Origin: Candidatus Omnitrophota bacterium
GTDB taxonomy: Bacteria; Omnitrophota; Gorgyraeia; Zapsychrales; Fredricksoniimonadaceae
DNA length: 64,000 bases
Assembly (NCBI GenBank): GCA_013287965.1
Contig: JABDCU010000007.1
Span: forward strand, 440 to 64,439
Direction of reading: 5' to 3'
The translations under genes were made by a program, and so were the position numbers. Every line of letters starts with the position of its first letter. Positions within the stretch are counted from its first letter, which is position 1. Positions 10,036 through 21,404 of this stretch are shown one piece after another. Below the pieces are notes generated by a model that searched no databases, was not told the DNA's origin, and saw nothing but the letters and a program-made list of their open reading frames with translations.

Positions 10036-10057
10036 AAACCCTTTCCTAAAACAAAAC

Positions 10058-10084
10058 TGTCATTCCCGCGAAAGAGGGAATCCA
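10058..10084. repeat. Short hairpin repeat, copy 1 (tgtcattcccgcgaaagagggaatcca)
   Basis: ATTCCC/GGGAAT stem. The 27 nt differ at one position from 10471..10497. Located between the rbfA stop and the nrnA start. Confidence 0.8.
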
Positions 10085-10097
10085 GATACTCAATACT

Positions 10098-10457
10098 TTA
10101 GTTCTCTGGCGCTACTTTCAATTTCTTGATCTCTTCCAAAACTTTATCAACATCAGCGGCATGCTTGATGCCCTTGTCATAAATGAACTGGAACTCCGGC
10201 GTATAACGCAAGGGCACCCGCTGGCTGATCAGCTTGCGGATATAGCCGCGGCAGCTGTCAAACCCGTCTTTTGCCGCCTTGATCTTCTCCGGTGTATCGG
10301 CAAGCACGCTAAACTTGACCCTGGCATGTTGAAGATCTTTGCTGACATCAACATTGAGGATGGTCACAAAAGAAATGCGCGGATCGCGCACCTCGCCTAA
10401 CAAAATGATATTCGCCAGTTCCCGTTTAATAGATGAATTGACCTTTTCAATCCGCAT
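10098..10457 (-). CDS. rbfA: Ribosome-binding factor A
   Basis: 119 aa with RVNSSIKRELANII...DPRISFVTI, typical of RbfA. Confidence 0.9.
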   Translation of the reverse strand: MRIEKVNSSIKRELANIILLGEVRDPRISFVTILNVDVSKDLQHARVKFSVLADTPEKIKAAKDGFDSCRGYIRKLISQRVPLRYTPEFQFIYDKGIKHAADVDKVLEEIKKLKVAPEN

Positions 10458-10470
10458 TTCTTCTGCTCCT

Positions 10471-10497
10471 TGTCATTCCCGCGAAAGCGGGAATCCA
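10471..10497. repeat. Short hairpin repeat, copy 2 (tgtcattcccgcgaaagcgggaatcca)
   Basis: Perfect ATTCCCGC-GAAA-GCGGGAAT stem-loop. It translates as ...SRFRGNDK... within the spurious ORF 10397..10705. Confidence 0.8.
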
Positions 10498-10510
10498 TTT
10501 TATCCCTAAC

Positions 10511-10662
10511 AGCCTTGGAAACGAATTTTTTCGGCTGCGGTCGGCTTTTTCCGCCAGCCTTTTCTAATATCTCAGAAAAATACACCATTGGGCACAGGTT
10601 TTTCTGATCGGTGACGAAGGCTGGCGGGCCTCCAGCAGCACTCAAAAATTGTTTCCAAGTCT
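10511..10662. repeat. About 152-nt palindromic (MITE-like) intergenic element, copy 1
   Basis: Near-identical to 59977..60131, in the same orientation. Termini GGAAACGAATTTTT / AAAAATTGTTTCC are inverted. The inner hairpin is TCAGAAAAA/TTTTTCTGA. It starts 3 nt after the stop of the upstream gene. Confidence 0.85.
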
Positions 10663-10665
10663 GTT

Positions 10666-11403
10666 TTACGAATAATTCCTCGCCACCCGATGATACGCTC
10701 CCCATGATTCTAAATATTTAATCGCTTCCTTCGATTTTGGCTCTTTTAGGAGCTTATTAAAGTCTTTAAGATACCTCTGCGGCTTGATTGTATCAAGCAC
10801 TTTAATTTTTATGGCGGATTTTAAGAGTTTCAAAGTTTTGGCCTCGATCTTGAAACCCAGCCGCGCTTTAAAACGGGCGAGGCGCAAAATACGGGTCGGA
10901 TCATCCAGAAAACTTTTGTCGTGCAGGACACGCAGACTTTTCTTGTTCAAATCAGCCTTTCCTTTAAAAGGATCCACGAGCTTCCCCCACGTCTTGGGAT
11001 TGATCGCGATGGCCATGGCATTGACCGTGAAATCCCGGCGGAAAAGATCATCCTTGATCGTTGACGGCTCAACCGCCGGATAGGCGCCGCCGCGCGTGTA
11101 GCTTTCTTTACGGGCAGTGGCAAAATCAACCAGGGTCCCATCAGGCAAACGCACAGTAGCTGTCTTAAAAGCAGGATACCGCGTCACCACCGCGCCGGGA
11201 TGCAAAGCCGCAAAACGATCCGCCAAGCGCATAGCGTTACCTTCAATAGTAATGTCCAAGTCAAGGCCAGAGAGCCCTAGCATCAAGTCCCTCACCGGTC
11301 CGCCCGCCAAATAAGCCTCAACACCCTTAACCTGGGCCAAAACTCCAATTTCCCGTACCAAGGTCAAAGATTTCGGATTTAAATAAGATAATAAGTTTTT
11401 CAT
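10666..11403 (-). CDS. Poly(A) polymerase / CCA-adding enzyme family nucleotidyltransferase (short form)
   Basis: LAGGPVRDLMLG...DLDI head-domain motif and RDFTVNAMA. Confidence 0.7.
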   Translation of the reverse strand: MKNLLSYLNPKSLTLVREIGVLAQVKGVEAYLAGGPVRDLMLGLSGLDLDITIEGNAMRLADRFAALHPGAVVTRYPAFKTATVRLPDGTLVDFATARKESYTRGGAYPAVEPSTIKDDLFRRDFTVNAMAIAINPKTWGKLVDPFKGKADLNKKSLRVLHDKSFLDDPTRILRLARFKARLGFKIEAKTLKLLKSAIKIKVLDTIKPQRYLKDFNKLLKEPKSKEAIKYLESWGAYHRVARNYS

Positions 11404-12283
11404 TTCCTTGGATGAAATTCTTTATGCACCTTCTTTAAACGCTCCTTGTCCACATGCGTGTATATCTGGGTGGTGGAAATGTCCGCGTGCCCCAGCATTT
11501 CCTGGACAGAACGCAGGTCTGCCCCGTGTTCCAATAAATGAGTTGCAAAAGTATGGCGCAGGGTGTGCGGCTTGATCGTCTTTTTAATATTCGCGCGACG
11601 GGCGTAAAGCTTGATCACCGCCCACAAACTCTGACGGCTGATCTTTTTGCCCAAACGGCTTAAAAACAAGACATCATTGGTCTGGCTTTTCAGTAATTGG
11701 GGACGGGCTTTGAGCAAATATTTCTGCACAGCCTCACGGGCCTTCTTGCCCAAAGGGATGATCCTCTCCTTACTCCCCTTGCCCACGGCCCGCACAAAAC
11801 CCACGTCATGATCAATACTGCCGGTCTTCAAATCCGCTAACTCCGAGACCCGTAAGCCGCTGGCATAAAAAATTTCCAATATCGCCGCATCCCTGATCTG
11901 TTGGGGCTTTCTGCCCGAGGCTGCTGCGATCATCGCCTCGATCTCTCCTAAAGTCAATACAGAAGGGACCCTTTGCCATAATTTCGGCGTATCCACCAGG
12001 GTCGTGGGGTCTTCCTTACTCAAATTTTCCCGCACTAAAAAACGATGGAACATTTTGATCGCCGCCAAGTTCCGGCCGATGGTCGTGGCGGACATATCAT
12101 GTTTTTTCAGGTCAAACATGAAATCAGAAACATGCTCACGTTTGACCGGGGCAGCGGCTTTGATGCCTTTTTGGGAAAGATAATCGATGTATTTGTCAAG
12201 ATCGCGCCGGTAAGCCATCAAAGTATTCTTGGCCAGCCCACGCTCGACGGAAAGGTAATTCATGAACTCGTCGATAAGATCTT

Positions 12284-12287
<4 letters not shown>
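11400..12287 (-). CDS. xerD: Tyrosine recombinase XerC/XerD
   Basis: C-terminal HTLRHTFATHLLEHGADLRSVQEMLGHADISTTQIYTHV (R-H-R-Y catalytic set). Confidence 0.85.
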
Positions 12288-15061
<2,774 letters not shown>

Positions 15062-15162
15062 TGGCGGGACTCCTTCAGAGCTCCTCCGAAGCCGGCCGCT
15101 GCTCGCTCGGACCAGTGGCGCTCGCAGTCGGCTTCGAATCCGACATGGATCCAATCTAAAAA

Positions 15163-15236
15163 TCGGGAAGGCGGGATTCGAACCCACGACCTCTTCGTCC
15201 CGAACGAAGCGCGCTAGCCAACTGCGCTACTTCCCG
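15163..15236 (-). tRNA. tRNA-Pro (anticodon CGG)
   Basis: Manual cloverleaf: acceptor CGGGAAG/CTTCCCG, D stem GCGC/GCGC, anticodon stem CTTCG/CGAAG with loop TTCGGGA, T arm GTGGG-TTCGAAT-CCCGC. Length 74 nt; CCA is not encoded. Confidence 0.9.
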
Positions 15237-15255
15237 AAAGCTGCCTAAATCTTAA
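15196..15255. repeat. Left 60-bp direct repeat (att-like); covers tRNA-Pro nt 1-41 plus 19 nt of 5' flank
   Basis: Identical, by manual alignment, to 21896..21955 (offset exactly 6700 bp). Confidence 0.9.
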
Positions 15256-15311
15256 TAAGGGCGCTATTTTAACAGGCTGGGAGCTTGAGGTCAACAACCA
15301 TGCGAGGGTTA

Positions 15312-15773
15312 CTAAAATTCTTTAAGACGAAACATTTTTGTCTTTTGATTGAAGGCAATTTCCTGAAAGAGATCAAAGAAGCCGTCTCTCCCCAAAAACC
15401 CTATACCTTTAGTATTCAGCTTGGTAGAAAACCCCGCATGGCACTCAAAGATCCAAGGTTCATCTTTGATAATCGCTTCCACCTTCACATCATGGAAATA
15501 CAATATCTCTTTGCCACCAATTCCATAGGTGGCCACATCCTTGCCTCCAAAAACATCCAGGCCTGCAAGCTCTCCTAAATTGGCTGGAAAGACACAGAAA
15601 TCTGCGCCAGAATCAACAACGCAATCAAAATCAAAACGCTCATAATTCTTATAAAACAAAGATATTTTTAAAATGGGAGCGTGGATTATTTTTGGGGGAG
15701 CGTTACCCTGGGCCCGTATTTGAATCTTTTTATATGGAATGGTAACGTAACTCAAAAGGCAATGGCCACCCAT
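15312..15773 (-). CDS. Retropepsin-like aspartyl protease
   Basis: The VVDSGADF motif (D-S-G-A) in a ~150-aa protein. Confidence 0.65.
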   Translation of the reverse strand: MGGHCLLSYVTIPYKKIQIRAQGNAPPKIIHAPILKISLFYKNYERFDFDCVVDSGADFCVFPANLGELAGLDVFGGKDVATYGIGGKEILYFHDVKVEAIIKDEPWIFECHAGFSTKLNTKGIGFLGRDGFFDLFQEIAFNQKTKMFRLKEF

Positions 15774-15967
15774 GAGCCATCAGGGACTTTAACCAAATGT
15801 GGACGGGCCTCACCTTTTTTCCGGGCCTGGTTCAAAACAGCTTTAGGACTACTGGCGACACTAACAACGTACGTGTCATCTTGTGATAGGGCCACCCAAC
15901 GGCCTGGGTATGGTTTAATTAACTGATTAACAGACATTGCTCTAGGTTGTTTAAGTCTCGATTTCAT
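15752..15967 (-). CDS. Small protein paired with the aspartyl protease (DUF5678-like by recollection)
   Basis: 71 aa with GRWVALSQDDTYVV...PHLVKVP. It overlaps the downstream protease gene by 22 nt. Confidence 0.45.
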   Translation of the reverse strand: MKSRLKQPRAMSVNQLIKPYPGRWVALSQDDTYVVSVASSPKAVLNQARKKGEARPHLVKVPDGSWVAIAF

Positions 15968-16033
15968 ATTTTTAATATACTCCTACGCCTTATTCTGGTC
16001 AAGGATCAATGTCCAATTTTTACCCAAAAGAAT

Positions 16034-16840
16034 TTATATAGTTATGTGAAAGCCTGAACCCACTGTCTTCTTAATCGTAATCATTCCATCTTTACGCGTA
16101 CTCAATACATACCGTCTATCAGGTCCCCCATTCCAAATAATACCTGAAGCATGCCCACCGTAATCGTGCTCCTGCGTATCATGGACTATTTCTTTGTCTG
16201 ATATCAATATAATTTGTGGGTGGCAATGATCAAAGACTTCAGCACAGTAACCAGTTGTTCTTCCATGATGGGAAGCTATGAAAATTTTTGTTTTAGCCAA
16301 ATATGCGCAAAACAATGGATTTTTGAGTAATTCAAGCCATCCCGCAGTTTCAAGGTCCCCCGTGAAGGCTACTCCCATACCATCATAAAACACAAACGAT
16401 ACCAGACTTAAATTGTTTGTGTCTGTAAAGGTTGGGTATGGATTACAAAAAGTCTGAAAATCAATATTGGGGAATAACGGAGGGTTAGCTATCGTATGAA
16501 TATAGTCACTATGTATACCAACGGCCGACGACATAGCAGTTGTTAAAGGACCACCATCAAATTTTAGGAGCATTAGTTGTTGCGCTGTTAATGTTTGGTT
16601 GCGGAAAAATCGTGTTACAGGAAATCGAGCAAGAACATTTGGAAGATCACTTACGTGGTCCTGATCAAAATTCTGAATAATGAGATGATCGATTTTAGTA
16701 CAGCCAATAGCCGATAGCCAAGATGACGGACAAAATTTTGTTTCTTGATTATCCCCGCAATCAAATAACATTATATTGCCATTATCAGCAATGAGCAGGC
16801 CACAAAAGCCATGAGCAACGTCAAAAATGCGGATTTCCAT
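16034..16840 (-). CDS. MBL-fold hydrolase (ComEC-type, degenerate first motif)
   Basis: FDCGD, NFDQDHVSD, FTGDLE and ASHHGRTTG motifs. Confidence 0.65.
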   Translation of the reverse strand: MEIRIFDVAHGFCGLLIADNGNIMLFDCGDNQETKFCPSSWLSAIGCTKIDHLIIQNFDQDHVSDLPNVLARFPVTRFFRNQTLTAQQLMLLKFDGGPLTTAMSSAVGIHSDYIHTIANPPLFPNIDFQTFCNPYPTFTDTNNLSLVSFVFYDGMGVAFTGDLETAGWLELLKNPLFCAYLAKTKIFIASHHGRTTGYCAEVFDHCHPQIILISDKEIVHDTQEHDYGGHASGIIWNGGPDRRYVLSTRKDGMITIKKTVGSGFHITI

Positions 16841-16871
16841 TTTGTCCTCTTCAAATCCCTATCGTATAATT

Positions 16872-17885
16872 TCAATTTATAAGATGTCCAAGGTGTTCTT
16901 TAATTATAAACTTTGCAGATTGCTTTCCTTTATCTTTTAATAACTGCAATGCTTTCCCCTCTACCGGATTAAAATCAGTCTTATACCGATTTACAAGAGC
17001 TAACTCTTCTTCCCCCCAACCCAACTGCAAATCTGGATGTGTACTGTCCATTTTAATCGTGCCTAAATAAGGAATTTCCTTGTTTTTATATAAAATAAAC
17101 ATCTTATTGTAGATTAAAGATTTGATCCGACGTGTTGCGGTTGCATACGATCCTTTTAAACCACCCAAAATAGATTTAGCTAAATCCTTTTCTTCCACAT
17201 AATCCGAAGAGGAAGCATCGCTAACAATAAGCGTCTCGCAACTCTGGTTAAGAATGGAAATCTTCTCATCCTTGTCTGGCATTAAGGCGTTAGCTCCTAA
17301 GCAATCATACGCACCTCCATCGGTTAGATATACATACTGATCATTTGGTAATTTTAATCTCTTAGGTAAGAAGATTAACGGATATGAAGCAGAATAGGCA
17401 ACAGCCTGACTTAAAGATAAACTGGGTAAGGCATGGCCACCTGTTTTATATGAGCCGCAAATTTCTCTGCTAAATTTAAAATTAGTTCCAGTCTTTAAAT
17501 CTGCTGCATTTAAAATTAAAGTCGGTCGATCTGGGATTTCTGCCAGCTTGGTGCCATGAAAAATCATTTTATCTAAGACCGTGGCAAGCTCATCAGCATC
17601 AATGCCTCTATTAAAAATCAATGAACAATACTGTTTTAAATTCTTTAGTGGAGATTCCAACCCATCTTTAAGAATCAAATCAGTTTTCTGACAGAAAGTA
17701 TCCCAATCTTTCGAATGAACAGCCCACAGGGCCCCAATAACTGCCCCACCAGATATTGCAGAAACTACATCAATTTTTTGGTCAATCTTTAACTCATGAA
17801 ATGCTTCAAAGACACCATAATGAAAAGCTATCGCCCTACTGCCGCCACCGGAAAGTGCTAATCCAACACCTTGTTTATTCACCAT
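16872..17885 (-). CDS. Patatin-like phospholipase
   Basis: Oxyanion GGGSRA, nucleophile elbow AISGGA, and catalytic Asp in LTDGGAYD. Confidence 0.85.
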   Translation of the reverse strand: MVNKQGVGLALSGGGSRAIAFHYGVFEAFHELKIDQKIDVVSAISGGAVIGALWAVHSKDWDTFCQKTDLILKDGLESPLKNLKQYCSLIFNRGIDADELATVLDKMIFHGTKLAEIPDRPTLILNAADLKTGTNFKFSREICGSYKTGGHALPSLSLSQAVAYSASYPLIFLPKRLKLPNDQYVYLTDGGAYDCLGANALMPDKDEKISILNQSCETLIVSDASSSDYVEEKDLAKSILGGLKGSYATATRRIKSLIYNKMFILYKNKEIPYLGTIKMDSTHPDLQLGWGEEELALVNRYKTDFNPVEGKALQLLKDKGKQSAKFIIKEHLGHLIN

Positions 17886-17894
17886 AAATCATTC

Positions 17895-18731
17895 CTAGCT
17901 TGGAATGCTTTCAGTCTTAAAATCACCTGGAATAGCTTTAGTTATAAGCGACACCCCTCCATCAACATTTGTACAATGCACATGCTTGGCAGTACGGCTA
18001 TACACGGCGAGGGCCTGATTATCTGGATGCCCATACTGATTGTCCACTCCCGCACTAATTAATACGGTATTAGGTTCTATTGAAAGTATTGACGCGGGAT
18101 GAGTACCATTCTTTGATCCGTGGTGCGCAGCAGCCATAACATCAGATTTCAAGGATTTTCCAAAGAATGAATTTATCTTTTCCCATCTTCCATTCTCAGT
18201 ATCACCTGTTATTAAATATGAGAATCCGCCCGTTCCTTTGCCGGTTAATTTAAGCACTATGCTACAGTTATTAGAAGAATCCATATCATCGATATGGGGA
18301 GAAAATAGCTCAAAGTCAAAATTAGATGAAAGACCCGTAAGTTGACGATGCGTTAAGCGATCTAATCTGACCGAAACCTGTTTTAAAGGATCTGCTGAAT
18401 TACGCCTAGCCGACTCTTGCTCCCTTATTAATTTGAATACCGCTTTCGCCTCGTCGCTATTCTTATAATACATAGGATACATTACCCAATCAGGACGATA
18501 CTTAAGCAAAACGATTGAAGTACCCACAATATCGCAATGATCGGAATCAAAACCCGTTAATATAAGACCCTTAACATTGTGCTCCTTCAATGATACGGCA
18601 AGGATTTCTTTTACATAAGCAACGGTATTGTTATCAGCGGGCGGAATACGGGAATCCACTATAATCGCTTCTTTATTGTGCCTTACGATAGTAAATGCAC
18701 CTTGGCCAACATTGACCGTAATAATGTTCAT
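17895..18731 (-). CDS. MBL-fold hydrolase (ComEC C-terminal-domain-like)
   Basis: VNVGQG, GFDSDHCD, ITGDTE and AAAHHGSKNG motifs. Its ATG overlaps the JAB stop codon (ATGA). Confidence 0.7.
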   Translation of the reverse strand: MNIITVNVGQGAFTIVRHNKEAIIVDSRIPPADNNTVAYVKEILAVSLKEHNVKGLILTGFDSDHCDIVGTSIVLLKYRPDWVMYPMYYKNSDEAKAVFKLIREQESARRNSADPLKQVSVRLDRLTHRQLTGLSSNFDFELFSPHIDDMDSSNNCSIVLKLTGKGTGGFSYLITGDTENGRWEKINSFFGKSLKSDVMAAAHHGSKNGTHPASILSIEPNTVLISAGVDNQYGHPDNQALAVYSRTAKHVHCTNVDGGVSLITKAIPGDFKTESIPS

Positions 18732-19648
18732 ACCCTATCCCTGTTAATATAAAGCTCCCGGTTAATATCTCTCTCTATGCTTAATACGGCATGCCTCGCG
18801 GATTTAAAAGCACGATCTTTATAACGCTCCAGAATTTCAGCGATAGGCAATCCTTCGTCGTTGGCAGCAGTAATTGAATATACCCACGCGCCGTCCTGAT
18901 CACTTTCTATTACCAGCGCGTCCAGGCAGGTATTGCCAATGAGGTCTAATTTCCCTTTCCAATAAAAGACATTGGTCTTCTTTGACAACAAGGGCTTAAG
19001 ATTTGGATGGAACTCTTCAAAAAACTCTTGATCCTTGGCGCGCTCTTCATTTATTTTGACTTTCACTTCTGCTCTAGCCTTGGTCTTAGCTATATCGGGA
19101 GCCGGTGTCGTAGTTTGCGGCCAAACGAGGGGCTCATCTGTAATGTGCACTTTAGAATCGGGGATTTCGTAAATGTTATCATCATTCCGACGCAGAAAAT
19201 AATGCCTAATTACATACCTTTCTTTTGAGCCATGCTTTTTCTCAATGACCAACAAGGCATAATAGAAATCTGTATTATGCATATGGTGATTCACGGTTCT
19301 TTGGTATGTCGCTCTATCGCCCGAACTTAAAGTAGTTAGCCCATTCATGTGATGGGTGTGCCAACTTCCAAGATGTTCTATGGCAGGGTACTTCTCTTCC
19401 ACCATCCTAAAGATTTTTGCTTGGTGTTCTCTGTCCGGGATAAAAATGGTTGCTGATCTGGTTACTTGCGAACCGGGCTCAATAATCCCTTGGACTTCAA
19501 TTTTATATTTATTGCCCTTCTTTTGATATGCTCCAATAATCCTACCGCCGGTTTCATCAAGATCATATCGATCACATTCATCAAAGATCACGTTGAGCGC
19601 ATTTTTAGAAATATAAACTTCAACATCTGGTTTCTTAAAATTAAACAT
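18728..19648 (-). CDS. JAB/MPN+ metalloprotease with an uncharacterised ~150-aa C-terminal extension
   Basis: ETGGRIIG plus a JAMM-like SWHTHHMNGLTTLSSGD motif. I chose the start at 19648 because of the strong GGAGGAGG 2 nt upstream; the track ORF begins at 19678. Confidence 0.8.
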   Translation of the reverse strand: MFNFKKPDVEVYISKNALNVIFDECDRYDLDETGGRIIGAYQKKGNKYKIEVQGIIEPGSQVTRSATIFIPDREHQAKIFRMVEEKYPAIEHLGSWHTHHMNGLTTLSSGDRATYQRTVNHHMHNTDFYYALLVIEKKHGSKERYVIRHYFLRRNDDNIYEIPDSKVHITDEPLVWPQTTTPAPDIAKTKARAEVKVKINEERAKDQEFFEEFHPNLKPLLSKKTNVFYWKGKLDLIGNTCLDALVIESDQDGAWVYSITAANDEGLPIAEILERYKDRAFKSARHAVLSIERDINRELYINRDRV

Positions 19649-20492
19649 CGCCTCCTCCTTTTGCCACACAGACGGCACAACTATCTTGCCGATCTAAAGT
19701 AAACCTTTGTAATTGAAAATGCTTCTTAAACGGATGTACCGGTCGATTGCCCCAAACTAAGTAATTTTCATCTATCAAATGTAAATATTTTGGTCGCTCC
19801 TTTAAGCGCCGGGCCACAGCATCTAGTACATACCTGGTATGAAACGAAGTAATGAAAGAAATGTCTACCACGAGGCCGGGAGAATCCTTTATTTCCGATA
19901 CTTCCATTCCATAAATCTTCTCCCTCTCTTCATCAGAGACCAGGTCTATTTCTTTTATGCCCTCTCTATAGGTAGTCCTCTGTAAAAAGGACTCCAAGCA
20001 CGCTAAGCAGCCCAAGCCAGGTCGGTAACTAAAGACCTCACCGCCAATGCCGCGGGTAAAAACTCTACCCACAACAAAGGGAATTTCATTCTTTACGCAA
20101 AGCTCATTGATTCTATAACGGGACGGCTCGTTATCAGTCGCCAGAACAACCACATCAGACGAACGGATTTCTTCTTCTATACCCGGGAAGTTCATTATGT
20201 CAGTATCAATCTTCTTAACGTTAACATTTGGGTTTCTGTCCTGCAAAATCTCCATCAATGCGTCAACCTTCTTGCTTCCTATAAATCGTCTTCCGCAAAC
20301 ATGCCTGATCACATTTTCAGGCCCAAGGGTATCGCGATCCAAAAGCGTAAAATTCCGTATGCCGGACATGACGAGCTGTAATGCTACGCTCCCGCCCCCT
20401 GATCCACAACCAGCCACTAGCACTTTAACCGGGGCTAAAAGCTGAATATCGAAAAGGGACTCTATTCTCTCAAATGTTTTGTCTTGTTTCAT
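19641..20492 (-). CDS. E1-like ThiF/MoeB-family adenylyltransferase
   Basis: VAGCGSGGGS Rossmann loop, LDRDTLGPENVIRH, LATDNEPSR, and two Cys pairs (CLAC, CAVC). Confidence 0.85.
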   Translation of the reverse strand: MKQDKTFERIESLFDIQLLAPVKVLVAGCGSGGGSVALQLVMSGIRNFTLLDRDTLGPENVIRHVCGRRFIGSKKVDALMEILQDRNPNVNVKKIDTDIMNFPGIEEEIRSSDVVVLATDNEPSRYRINELCVKNEIPFVVGRVFTRGIGGEVFSYRPGLGCLACLESFLQRTTYREGIKEIDLVSDEEREKIYGMEVSEIKDSPGLVVDISFITSFHTRYVLDAVARRLKERPKYLHLIDENYLVWGNRPVHPFKKHFQLQRFTLDRQDSCAVCVAKGGGDV

Positions 20493-21012
20493 GTGACCCC
20501 TCTAACCATTGACCAGTCTTCCGCCATTTTGCATACTGTTTAAGCCAACCCCTCGCTAAGTCCAACGCGTGCGTGACGTCGTAGCTTTTAGCATTCCAAG
20601 TTGTTACTGACCCAAATATAGCTAATGATCCATCGTGCCAGCGATTAGGTGTATTAGGCAAGACACCTGCTGCATAAATCCGTGGAGCAGAGTTAGGATA
20701 CCCATGAGGCAAGATGATACTGACCAGAATATTCTCTCCAGCGGCGGTCTCATGGAAATTAATCTCAAGCTCTTGTTGTTCATTAATGGTTAGCTTATAA
20801 CTCTCTTTTCTATCTTTCAGCTTGTTTCGCTCTTCCGTTATTCTATCGGGAGAAATATCTGGCAAGAGAAATGAAACAGGGACAAGACATGCCTTAGGTT
20901 CGCCATTTCTCTCAATCACGAACACTTCCCCGTCCCTAGCAACTCGATCAAGCACCTCTCCAGGGGAACTTCTCAACTCCATCATTTTTAAAATCTTAAA
21001 GTCAATTTTCAT
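20470..21012 (-). CDS. Phd/YefM-like N-terminal domain fused to a Cys-less E2 (UEV-like) domain
   Basis: The N-terminus (ELRSSPGEVLDRVARDGEVFVIERNGEPKACLVPVS) resembles Phd/YefM antitoxins. The C-terminus is paralogous to 21021..21392, with Ala where the paralogue has Cys (GSLAIFG versus GNICYLH). I chose the start at 21012 (AGGA upstream); an alternative is 21048. Confidence 0.55.
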   Translation of the reverse strand: MKIDFKILKMMELRSSPGEVLDRVARDGEVFVIERNGEPKACLVPVSFLLPDISPDRITEERNKLKDRKESYKLTINEQQELEINFHETAAGENILVSIILPHGYPNSAPRIYAAGVLPNTPNRWHDGSLAIFGSVTTWNAKSYDVTHALDLARGWLKQYAKWRKTGQWLEGSHETRQNI

Positions 21013-21020
21013 AACCGTCC

Positions 21021-21392
21021 TTAATGTTTGATCTCGGCGCCTGGCCATTTACCTTGTCGCTTCCAAACTTCATATTTATTTAGCCATTTTGCTGCCCGCG
21101 CCATCACAAAAGAAATATTATGAATGCCGGGATTCCACATGGTAGGATGAAGATAACAAATATTCCCATTTTGATACTTATGGGGCGCGGCTGTTACAAT
21201 CGGAGCATCGATAAACACCCGTGGCATTTCATTGGGATAGCCTGAGAACCTAACTGATAAAATATACATTTGATCTGCGGCCTGCAGGGCTGCCTTTAGA
21301 TAAACTTGGCCATCAACGGTTGGATGAAGCTCTAAATGATGAAAATTTCTTTGGGCTTCTAAAAATTCTCTTTTAATGCGATTAATATCCAT
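21021..21392 (-). CDS. E2-like (UBC-fold) protein with a candidate catalytic Cys
   Basis: GYPNEMPRVFI...PHKYQNGNICYLHPTMW resembles the E2 YPxxPP / HPN...GxIC core. Confidence 0.6.
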   Translation of the reverse strand: MDINRIKREFLEAQRNFHHLELHPTVDGQVYLKAALQAADQMYILSVRFSGYPNEMPRVFIDAPIVTAAPHKYQNGNICYLHPTMWNPGIHNISFVMARAAKWLNKYEVWKRQGKWPGAEIKH

Positions 21393-21404
21393 GCTACCCT
21401 CTTT

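Noticed and set aside
10397-10705. A 102-aa ORF and its relative at 60039..60224 share WKQFLSAAGGPPAFVTDQKNL.
   Set aside because: Both are read-throughs of the ~150-nt palindromic repeat plus the RFRGNDK hairpin. They have no RBS or coding context, and the identity is at the nucleotide level.
15062-15162. A possible second tRNA (long-arm or Sec-like) next to tRNA-Pro, suggested by GGTTCGAGCCC (T-loop-like), a TCA-containing loop and GC-rich hairpins.
   Set aside because: ATGGTTCGAGCCCAT is the start of the acylphosphatase CDS (MVRAH...). I could not build an acceptor stem or cloverleaf. The GAAGGAG is the acyP RBS.
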